The position numbers and the translations under genes were made by a program. 64,000 bases of DNA, from the NCBI RefSeq assembly GCF_006345805.1, contig NC_042999.1:61008001-61072000 (forward strand). The letters are read 5' to 3'. Positions within the stretch are counted from its first letter, which is position 1. Each line of letters begins with the position of its first letter. The notes under the pieces are model-generated. The model searched no databases. It was not told where the DNA came from and saw only the letters and a program-made list of their open reading frames with translations. This DNA is from Octopus sinensis. Its lineage: Eukaryota. Below are positions 53,630-64,000 of the stretch, one piece after another.

Positions 53630-53676
53630 TCCTGATGATTTCTCTTGAATGAAACAGTTCTAGTCCTGTAGAAGCT
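53626..53676 (+). ncRNA. Type I hammerhead ribozyme (putative)
   Basis: AGCUUC-CUGAUGA-U-UUC(UCUU)GAA-U-GAA-ACAG(UUCUAGUC)CUGU-A-GAAGCU: canonical core, 6-bp stem I, 4-bp stem III, GUA triplet; stem II is closed by U.U. Confidence 0.78.
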
Positions 53677-53748
53677 CCTTCTATATAATAAATATATATA
53701 TATATATATGGGGGGGGGGGGTATGCGTGTGTGAATGTGTCTGTGTCT

Positions 53749-53801
<53 letters not shown>

Positions 53802-55239
53802 AATCTCTGACTACATGGTAGAGTAAAATAACGTACAAGGCATTGGTTGCAGAACTGACGAATTGTAAAACAAGGAAGCATTTCGTAAAATTAGTTCTAT
53901 TTCTTCAACCACATAAACCTATCAACAAAGCTATGATATATGAACAATCAATGATGCTCGACGAAGACAGATTTGTCGATGGAATATATGATATTCTTAG
54001 CAAATTAACGAGAATATTTGCAGGTTTAGAACCTCAGTTGATTTCAGTACAATTTAACAGTTTACCGCGCATGATTCAAAATACAAATTTCATTGCATTA
54101 GCCATTTCCAGTTTTACCATGGCAAAATACACGATGTATATCAGCGGAATGCCTTACAATCCCACGCCGAATACAGCTTCAAAGGAGGATTACTTCCTTG
54201 CTCTAGTCAAGAAATAAATTATATTAGATATTTATGTGCATGGTGTCAAACTAACGTGATAAATGTCGATTCAGAGTAATATTGATTTCTTTTGACTGTG
54301 TAAAAAGCTACGTTTTATAAAGGGCATTGTATCGCCGATTGAATCGACTACAATAGATTGCTAACACTTACTTTATCGACTTCGAAGGGATGAAAGGAAA
54401 AAGCTCCAACCTGGCATTCTTTGAACATAATACACGCAGCAAGGAAAGTAAATACTGTAAGACATTTAGTTGTACATTCTGCTGATTCTGCCAATTTACT
54501 GCCTTTCATTTTGAATATAATATTGATTTCTGACCTGGCCAAAAGGTTAACATGTTTACAGGGGTCCGATTGTAGATCTTTATCCATTTTCATTTTACGT
54601 TTGTTACCAATGTCCTTTCCGAATATCATCGATTGTAAAATTGAAATTTTTTGCATCACTCCGTCGGCTTACTAAGAACTAATCTCTTGATCTCCAGCGC
54701 TCGTCATATACTTATTTATCGTGCTGTCTATAAAAGAATACATTCTATATGCATTTCTTTGTTGTTCTCGTATCTTGCTGAAATCCTATTTGACATTCAT
54801 TTACCCTTAATCTATAGAATAACACAGTTTCTCTATAAAAATGTTTCAAGCGAAGTCAAAACTAATGCTAAAAGTGCATAGTATTAGCTAAAACTTACGG
54901 TGATATTTTATGACTAAAGATTAACTATTAGAATATTTAACTATTGTTAATAAACCTAACATGGCGAAAAGTTTTAACAGTTTTCTTGCGCTTGCTGTTG
55001 TCGACTCTCCATAATTTAGTTCTCATTCAAATAGTCTAAAGGTCGTTCCAGCTGTGACTATACCATATTTCGTACTTTACACACACGTCAGTGTTTCCAG
55101 GACACACCCTAATGTTTCCACCTTTTCGGTTGGTAGATTATTGTTTGAGGGAGATGCGGTTACAACTTCTAGCATTTCTAACATTTCTTTCCTACAGCTT
55201 TGAGTTTTCAATACAGAAACTATTGGTAGGCCTATGCCC

Positions 55240-55625
55240 AAGCATGGTTGTGTCGTTAAATATTTTACCTTACAAACTCGTGGATTCGAGTTCAATTCGA
55301 CATGACGGTACCTTGGGCAAATATCCTCGAATATAGAGCCGCGCCGAGTGAATTTATCATATGTGAGTATGTGTGTTTGTAAGCATGCATGCGTGTGTGT
55401 GTGTGTTCTTCGTGTATTTCTGTTTGTTACTTAATCCAGCACATCAACCTTTATTGGTTTGTTTATGTCCACTAAATCATCGGCTTGGGAAAAAGAGACT
55501 GATTAAAAACATACCAGATATTTTTCTTAAAGGAAAAAATATATGAACCACATGGCTGGATTTGATCGATTATACCCTTCGAAGTGGAGCCCCAGCATGG
55601 CCACTGTCCTACGACTGGTAGAAGT
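55240..55625 (+). mobile_element. Old, diverged SINE (family A-like tail)
   Basis: GAGTTCAATTCGAC..ACCTTGGGCAAA head/body, internal (TG)n, tail GGAGCCCCAGCATGGCCAC. Confidence 0.6.
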
Positions 55626-57742
55626 AAAAGAATAAAAGAAGGTAAAAAGTCAAGTATATTGATAACACCGATCCCAAAACCTTATGATTCCCAAAACCTT
55701 ATGACAGACGTCAGAAGACTGGATTATAAAATCGTATTTTAAGACTGATATTTTGCTGATTCGCCTCTACATAGGAGTTGAGTCATTTTACTTTATCCGA
55801 TGCTTAACATAGTGAAGAATTCTTCCACTTAATATAACAGACGACAGACAGCATTACAAGTAAGGCGTCCATATTGTTTTTATTATTATTTTTGATACCA
55901 AATCTAGCGATTTGATATTGCATTTGTCACTTCACCATCTGAAGAACGTGAATAATGGCAGGCTTTACGTAAGGAACTATTAGGTGTCGTAAGGAAGCAA
56001 TCAATTTAAGAATATTCAGCAAGCGGTAAAACGGTAAAAAAAAAAGACAACAACAGCAAATGATAAAAATGAGATAATGAACCAGTTTGATTTAGTAAAA
56101 TACCACTGTTCTTGAAAATGACATGTTACATCTCATTTCCGATTCCACTCAAAATATACTCAATCAAAAGAAACCAGAAACAATTAATTTTATAAATGAT
56201 ATTCCAGAGGAGGTGTAGATTGTGCGGCGGATATTAATTCATTGGTTTGAGCGTATGTTATTAGATTTTAAAAAAAAGAAATTCAATTCCAAGAACTATT
56301 CAATCAACCATACTTTAAAAGTATTCAGAAATCTGTGGATGTAGTCGTGGTTGTCCATTAAAATATTCGCATTAGAACTACAGAGTCCTGGTTCAAATTC
56401 ACTTAGTGGACATTTAGGAAGGTGTTACTACCACATGGAACGGTTTGCTAAACTCTTATGAGTTAAATTCCGTAGATGGAAGCTCTCCCATAATAAGATT
56501 ATACTAATGTGTGTGTTTGTGTGTGTGCGTGTGTACGCGTGTGTGTGTGAGAGAGAGAGATTTGTTAATAAGTAATAAATAAATAATAATAATAAAACGT
56601 CAATACTTGATATAATATTAATGAACTGAATACTATATGACATGGATAAAGTACACCCCCTTATGTGAACGTCCATTTTGCATTTTATAATTTTCGTGAA
56701 TTATTATATTACGTTTATATATTTGTTGTGCAAGATTTTTTATGTGAAGTCGTGTGTTGAAATAAGATTAAGATTAATGTAAAAAATAAATATCACTGAA
56801 GCAAAGTAACACCAAATATATAGTGTGTGTGTTTTTTATTGGCTAAACTGGCAAAATGACCATTCCGAAATACAAAAAAATAATTATTATATTCGTACCA
56901 GGAAAGTATCCAGAACACCATAAACTGATTAAACATTTACGTGTAGTGCATCAGATAAAATATAATGCCTAAAACCTTTGAAAACATGATAGAAGATAAA
57001 CAGAGCAAAGTAAAGATCGAAAACAAGTATACTACACCGGAGAACAAGTATAGTAATAATTGATAAAACCTGATACAATGAACTTTTTTCCTCTCTAGTT
57101 TCTGTCTTTAATCATTAATTTTCTTTAAATTTTGACATTATATATGTATACCACTTGGCTCACTACAAATCTATAATTATATATTATTCTTATCTGATCC
57201 TTATTTATAACTCTATATAATTTTATTTTTCCCTTGCAGCTATTTATTTCATCCTGACAAAATTTTCTTATGTGTGTTTTTCCTAAATCAATTAATAAAC
57301 TCGGCTACTGGAGCGCTTTTTCACATTTTGCACGTGGTTTACTGCTATGATTTATGTATAGATTTGATTTAGATTTACTAGAGTGTGTTCATATATTGTT
57401 GGAATATAATAAGTGGAAATATTCTAAGTAGTGCAATATAAATTATTTTAAGTGCTAAATCTTGTATGCTAACACATTAAATATTCAGAAGCAAAATTAT
57501 TGACTATACATATTTATTGAAAATATAATATATAAGATATATATATATTATATAAAATATAATATATAATATAAGATAACGCTGCACAGTATTAATGCAG
57601 AATATAGAACGAAAAGAAAACAGAAACAGTGTTAATCTCTACGGGCCTTTCAGAAATTTCCCTGGAAATTCTTCACCATTTTAAACGTGGACATATATCA
57701 TAGATATATGTATGTTTGTATGTATATATGTATATATATATG

Positions 57743-57827
<85 letters not shown>

Positions 57828-58199
57828 ATACATATATACCGATACATACATACGTGCATATATATATATATATATATACGTGTATGTGTGTATTTTTTGT
57901 GCGTGTGTGTGTGTGTGATAAAATGTATTCATTGAGATGGGTGATGTTTTTTTTTCTCTCTGCGAGATGTGTATTATTTACGAGAATTGACTAAATGCTC
58001 TGTGAAGGTTCCGTCGTGCATGAAAATTCCAACGTTTCAGAGAGATCTTTCTACAGAATAAAGTCGATACGAAGAAATTAGAAAAACAAAACTAATAGAG
58101 TTTTACAATGTGTATGTTTGAGAAACTGGCTGCAGCTGATGAGGAACACAATATTATGTGTGATTCACAGTTAGAGGTAAACTTGGTGACATAGACAGC

Positions 58200-58450
58200 A
58201 TATGGATAAAACTCCTTTCTAGATCATATAAAGCCATAGGGCTTTTCTCCCGGGTCCTGAGGCGGATATTTTCCCCAAATGGACGGGACGCAGGCCCGTC
58301 GCAGAAGTACTCTTTTTTGCCAGCTGAATGGAATGGAGCAGCGGGAAATTAAGAGCTTTGTCCAAGAACACGATGCATTTCCCAGTTCAGGAAATGAGAC
58401 AACAATCTCGCGGTCAAGAGTCCAGTACTCTAACCACTAAGCCACGCGCC
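58200..58450 (-). mobile_element. Diverged tRNA-headed SINE (family D-like)
   Basis: Reverse complement GGAGGCGCGTGGCTTAGTGGTTAGAG...TCGTGTTCTTGGACAAAG. Confidence 0.6.
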
Positions 58451-60329
58451 TCCCTGTTAATGGAGATGGAATCAGAAAGTGAAATGGGTGAAGGCTGTGG
58501 TGCGGCCGAGGGAATAAATGAAGTGAGAGAGGGGCTGAATGATAAGAAAGGGATTTACTGAAATGAGAGAGAAAGTGGAAGTGTAGATTGGAAAATATTC
58601 ATTAAACACATCAAGTGCATTGTGCCAAGTTCGAATATGGGTTAGTAATAGAATGGCTTATTGTGTTGAACTGTGTGCTGACCATTTGGACAAGAATACT
58701 TTCGTTGTGTGCTTAGAATATGCACTCGAAAGCGATTTGCTAGGTGACGATATATTCCTCAAATATAAAAGTGGCTCCAAGATGGACAGGAAAGATTTCT
58801 GTGTAAAGTGGTGCTGTGGCATGTGTTGTTAATTAATATAAGGAAATTAATCTTGGTATTCTCAAAAATACCTGCTAATGTTTGGATGGTGCCAAAGATT
58901 TTTCTACGTGGTTTCATAGGATGCTTTTCCTTTTGACTGCGACGAATGGTTGTGTAGCGATGCTCGGAGCGGTTTTGCGGTCAGAAAATAGAATTTGGAA
59001 GTTGGCAATGAGTTTGTATTTCAATCGCAAGATAGAATGGCTCAAGGTACGTAAGAGAGAGTGGAATCAGTTTTGTAACTGTATGTAAAAAGGATAGCAG
59101 TGCATTGGCATGGTCAATGTCCTGAATATAGTGATAAACACTTATCAATTTATGAGGAATCCTCCGTTTTCTGTCACTAGGGTTCGAAGTCTGAATAAAT
59201 TCTGCAAAGTCGACCATGCCGAAGGAATTGCAGTGAATACAATGGAACGTTTCATGTGTTTTTGGTGACAAAACTCTTGTGGAGAATTAGTAACACTTTC
59301 GAACTGGATATTTTCTGACAGTAAAAGTAATAGTCAGTTATAGAGATATAGATTTTGACATGTTGTGCATGTGTCGATACAAGAAATAATCATCAATGAT
59401 AATGAACTTTAAAATTTGTACAGACTTCAAGGTTTTGATTCCGCCTTGTTCATAGCTATGGGGTGGCGTACAAGAAGGTTTTCTTGATAATGCAATAATG
59501 TCTATTCTCTTACTATAGTAATATACCTCAGGGAATCAAACAAAATTATTCATGTACCTAAAAGAATATTGATCTCAAAAGATCGAGACTGGTAATATGG
59601 AACGTGCACGTTTAAAAATATAACAATCATTTTCTATACTGCCTATCGTACAAGTGATTTATATATTTTGTTAAGATGGCGTTAGGTAAGTTGGGACTTG
59701 AAAGATATAATCGGTTTTAACCTTTTATTAACAAGATTACTTGGTAAGACGTTTTGTAAGCGTATTTGATTTCTTACCGTTATTATTGTTATTGTTGTGC
59801 ATCTCCGTTTGGCTGGGTGCGACGTATAGCGATAAACAATCAATAATATGTTATAAAACGATAAAGAGATCAAAGCCGTAATTTATTCTCAACGCTTCTT
59901 TTATTTCACAATATAAAACATTCTGACAATCTTTGATTGCTGGTTTGAGATCTGGCATTTATGTCACGTAATGCATTTTTATTTGATATTATGCATGATT
60001 GCAAACAAGAAAACTGGTTTTCGTTGGGTATTTCAATCTTGACTTGAAAACTCCAACTTAATGTGTAGGAGCTAAATTTCATATGCACAAACGTCTAAGA
60101 AATTTTATCAATTCATTCTAATAAACTAAATGCTGTTTTCTTCCGAGAAAAATTCTTATATAGAAACGTCGAGCAAAAGGCCAGTGGAGAGCGCTAGGTT
60201 GTCAAACATTTAAACCAAATTTTCTCAAAACAACTTGTCCGACCGTCCCATAGGCCTCCCCTTTGAGAAACACTGATTTAACCGAAATTTGAGACACCAG
60301 CAAAAGAAGAAATAAAGATAGACTTCTTT

Positions 60330-60505
60330 CTATTCCAAAGAATATTTTATCGATCGCATTCTCACCTGGAATCGATTTTTGTAATTCAAGACTTATACAC
60401 GCCCTGATACCGTCGGTATCTACATATCAAATTTGAGTGGAATCGGATGGAGGATGCCCGAGATCCTACACACACACAGACAGAACAGATTTTATATAAT
60501 AGATA
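60330..60505 (+). mobile_element. Possible non-autonomous Helitron-like (HINE/Lep1-type) 3' segment
   Basis: CATATCAAATTTGAGTGGAATCGGATG...(CA)n GACAG..TTTTATATAATAGAT resembles the AAATTTCA..AATCGG..ACAGAC..TTTTATAATA end motif of such elements; pattern resemblance only. Confidence 0.35.
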
Positions 60506-61105
60506 ACAAAGATAAAGAAATTATGATGGAGTATAATTACTGCAGTGGATAATACAGTATTGTATCCCACTGATATTAAATCAGTTATGACTGAGAGACT
60601 TGCATTTTCTATATTTGACATGGAACCAATGATTTCACTCAACGTTGTGTCTTAACTTATAGAAGTGCTCTCTACAGTGATACATTCTTGTAATAATATA
60701 ATTTTGATTCGATAATGAGAACGCCTTGCTTTAATTATTAATGGGTCACGTGTTATTACAACTACTTATTTTATTATGTATTTTGAGGAGTTGTGTCATT
60801 ATGACATTATGATTCATTAAGTTCTACTGCATCTTTTGGGGGAGTTTCCTATGGCCATAGCGCTGTAGGTGCAACCACCCCACTCAATGAACCCTATTAT
60901 CGGTGTAGCTTCTTTTCAGCTGTTTCGTTCTCTTTTCAAAGATATCGGTTAGCAATAAACATTCCAATAATTGATATGTTGCTCATAGATGTGAAAGAAC
61001 ATAAGATTATGCGCACTGTCTCTCTCTCTCTTTCTCTCTGTCCCCCTTCTCTCTATCCTTTGTCTGTGTATATATACATCTCTGTCTGTATATTTTATAT
61101 ATATA

Positions 61106-61233
61106 CAGGGTGTCCCAAAAAAATGTATACACATAGTGGTTCGGCAAAAGAGAACGATAGAATAAGTACTAGGCTTACAAAGAATAACAAATTTACAATT
61201 ATTTAAGGTGTGTATACATTTTTTGGGGACACC

Positions 61234-61236
<3 letters not shown>
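61106..61236. mobile_element. Tc1/mariner-type MITE (28-bp TIRs, TA flanks)
   Basis: CAGGGTGTCCCAAAAAAATGTATACACA ... TGTGTATACATTTTTTGGGGACACCCTG (1 mismatch); TA at 61104-05 and 61237-38. Confidence 0.85.
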
Positions 61237-61286
<50 letters not shown>

Positions 61287-61366
61287 TATAGGTGTATATG
61301 TACGTAAATTTATACATATAAGCTTACATACATACATGCATACATATATATATATTTATATATATG

Positions 61367-61413
<47 letters not shown>

Positions 61414-61417
<4 letters not shown>

Positions 61418-61517
61418 GCATTGTCTCTCCTATGCCGTTAAGGTGAATTCGTATATAAGGATTTATAATAGTATAAAATGCAATTATAATAAACGGCATA
61501 GGAGAGACAATGCATAT
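61414..61517. mobile_element. ~100-bp MITE-like element with a perfect 26-bp inverted repeat
   Basis: ATATGCATTGTCTCTCCTATGCCGTT (61414-39) / AACGGCATAGGAGAGACAATGCATAT (61492-517). Confidence 0.75.
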
Positions 61518-62219
61518 GCTGAAAATAGAAGCTAAATTGTCAAACCACTTAAAATCCTCACGTTTATAGTACACACATGTTGAAATCGAGGGAGTAGGCT
61601 CACAGAAATTCCTAAAATAATAATAATACAATTCTCTAGTATTATAAATCTCTCTATATGAACTCATATTAATAGGTCCATATTATATGCTGGCCACTGA
61701 TAAAATCTTTAACAATTTTATCCTTTATTATTATTATTTATTGTCTTTGCACAGCTTCTAAAGCTATAGATGTACTACGGTGCCACCTGTGCAACTTCTT
61801 CACTACCTCCAAATATATTGGATTATATGCTGGCTAACCAAAAAGTTTAACGATTTTATCCTTTATTATTATAATTGAATACTTTTCATTCGCATCGGGG
61901 CAGTTGAGTTACTTCTGTACTACTCTGACTAAATGCGCACCTATTGAGGTAGACTACGAAATTCGATGCGGATATATTTGTGGTATTTGTATGTAATCGT
62001 TGCTTTGCGTTTGTTTCCAGTGGGTATGTATAAATGTCTCATTTATTTACCTCATGCTAATGAGGAAAAGTTATTAGTGTAATCCAGAAATTGATCAACT
62101 AACTAAATTATTATTATTTTATGAATTTCTGTGAGCCTACTCCTTGGATTTCAACACGTGTGTACTATAAAAGTGATAATTTTAAGTGGTTTGACGATTT
62201 GGCGTCTATTTTCAGCATA
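61515..62219. mobile_element. ~700-bp non-autonomous foldback element with ~113-bp TIRs
   Basis: 61515-61627 is the diverged reverse complement of 62108-62219 (TATGCTGAAAATAGA...GGAGTAGGCTCACAGAAATTC); internal ~55-bp direct repeat. Confidence 0.8.
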
Positions 62220-62264
62220 AGTATAGTCTCTTAATTATACTTCTATTTCATACTATTATAACTT

Positions 62265-62312
<48 letters not shown>

Positions 62313-62319
<7 letters not shown>

Positions 62320-62617
62320 ATCACGTGATCGACCAGACCATCAAATCTTGTTACACATCGCTGGTCACAATGCGTTCGCATTGTTTTAGCCTTCGAATGA
62401 CGCCACCCCGCTGGCTAAGCGAGCAGGCCAACAGAAGAAAGAGTGAAAGAAAGAGTGGTGAAAGAGTACACCAGGGATCACCACACCCTGCCGGAGCCTC
62501 GTGGAGCTTTTAAGATGTTTTCGCTCAATAAACACTCACAACGCCCCGGTCTGGGAATCGAAACCGCCATCCTACGACCGCGAGTTCGCTGCCCTAACCA
62601 CTGGGCCATTGCGCCTC

Positions 62618-62620
<3 letters not shown>
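62313..62620 (-). mobile_element. tRNA-headed SINE family C, full length, copy 1
   Basis: Reverse complement GGAGGCGCAATGGCCCAGTGGTTAGGG (A box)...GGTTTCGATTCCC (B box); 3' end GATCACGTGATCACGTGA. Confidence 0.88.
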
Positions 62621-62674
<54 letters not shown>

Positions 62675-62675
<1 letters not shown>

Positions 62676-62979
62676 CACGTGATCACGTGATCGACCAGAC
62701 CATCAAATCTTGTTACACATCGCTGGTCACAATGCGTTCGCATTGTTTTAGCCTTCGAATGACGCCACCCCGCTGGCTAAGCGAGCAGGCCAACAGAAGA
62801 AAGAGTGAAAGAAAGAGTGGTGAAAGAGTACACCAGGGATCACCACACCCTGCCGGAGCCTCGTGGAGCTTTTAAGATGTTTTCGCTCAATAAACACTCA
62901 CAACGCCCCGGTCTGGGAATCGAAACCGCCATCCTACGACCGCGAGTTCGCTGCCCTAACCACTGGGCCATTGCGCCTC

Positions 62980-62982
<3 letters not shown>
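62675..62982 (-). mobile_element. SINE family C, full length, copy 2 (period 362 bp)
   Basis: Appears identical to 62313-62620; ORF pair 62325..62513 / 62687..62875 translates identically. Confidence 0.88.
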
Positions 62983-63048
<66 letters not shown>

Positions 63049-64000
63049 GAGTGTGTGTGTAATATAATAAATAAAATATATGTATATGTGTATGTAATGT
63101 ATATCTAAATATACATAGGGGTAAATACACACCCAAATATATTCGCATATTCACATACAAACACGCACACACCCACACAGATATATATATATATATGCGC
63201 CCGCGTGTGTGTGTGTATGCGCGCACTTCCACACTTTGTTTAACCATCACTATTTTAGCCTTTTCCAACAGATCTATGATCAAAGGCGTTGTAGACAAGA
63301 TCATCCTGTCTTTCCATTTTTCATATAGTAAAGTGTCTTGATCATAATTATCCAATGTGTCCATCTTTAGTAAGACAGCAACGTATTTCGAAAGAGATTT
63401 TATTGCTAATTATCATTGAGCTATCATCGTTGTCCCATGTTGGCCGTATTTTGAAATTGCTGTGTAAATGTTTTAAACACGTCCTTGTGTTTACTTAACA
63501 TAAAATCTTCTCTGACAGGAACAATTATGTTTTTTAACTATGTAACGTTTTACAAGATTTTTGCCGTTGAACTTAATTGACAAGTCACTGTCATCAACTC
63601 GCTTAATGCATTAAAGTTACTAAATGATAAAAAATTTATGAACACCACAGCATCTGAATTATATTTTCGCAAATAATTTGCCCTCTTCTGGCATCGTAAG
63701 AAATCTCTATATATTTTTAATAATGATTGTAATGACATTGGGTATTTTAGCTTGAAGAAATAAAGGAAGTTCTTTATGTGAAGAAAAACAGCTGGGTCAT
63801 AAAATATTTTGTCAGGTCTAGAATACAAATGGCTTACTGTAGCTTAATATTGTTTTTTAAAAGGTCATATACACATCAGTACATGAGCATGTGTGTGTAA
63901 TTAACATATCATAAATATGGATTTAGATTCTGCGTACGTTCTCCATTCTTTTATTTGAAGCCTAATGTCACTTAATCTATGTTCATATACTGTAAGTGCC

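Larger units (their letters stand above)
53493..53693. mobile_element. Short non-autonomous hammerhead element (~135 nt, - strand) with an inverted duplication of its 5' end
   Basis: Perfect 132-bp palindrome at 53562-53693; unique left extension with hairpin GGTTGA..TCAACC (53503-53521); flanked by (TA)n. Confidence 0.7.

Noticed and set aside
58460-59340. Possible L1/Tx1 ORF1 fossil on the - strand
   Set aside because: Compositional impression only; no intact zinc knuckle or other motif.
62540-62620. tRNA genes at SINE heads (also 35053, 9341, 23633, 43080)
   Set aside because: A/B boxes are present but there is no complete cloverleaf with acceptor stem, and they run directly into SINE bodies.
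63035-63828. ORFs 63035..63364 and 63550..63828 as host exons or transposase
   Set aside because: No recognisable domain, stops between the segments, and no convincing splice signals.

Overview
This is an AT-rich, extremely repeat-dense 64-kb eukaryotic window in which I recognise no host protein-coding gene. The SINE, LINE and microsatellite landscape looks like an Octopus (cephalopod) intergenic or intronic region; that assignment is an inference. Almost all ORF-track entries are translations of (TA)n/(CA)n/(CATA)n/(GATA)n or trinucleotide microsatellites. Real coding signal is all transposon-derived: (1) a young, 5'-truncated Naiad-like Penelope-like element (PLE; RT + GIY-YIG) at 51178-53450, whose 3' 1435 bp is duplicated in inverted orientation at 49743-51177; (2) a 5'-truncated CR1-group LINE (47221-48500); (3) a decayed full-length mariner (3059-4338) and a Tc1 fragment; (4) several RLE-type LINE fragments (R4/Dong-like, HERO-like) sitting in microsatellites. 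At least four tRNA-headed SINE families and several MITEs are present. The most notable signal is a set of type I hammerhead ribozyme folds. They occur in the PLE terminal repeat (both arms), in a perfect 132-bp palindrome carrying back-to-back hammerheads (53562-53693), in a strand-skewed repeat at 27974-28015, and as degenerate copies elsewhere. Three PLE-like elements share a head-to-head inverted architecture. All folds were worked out by hand and are untested.
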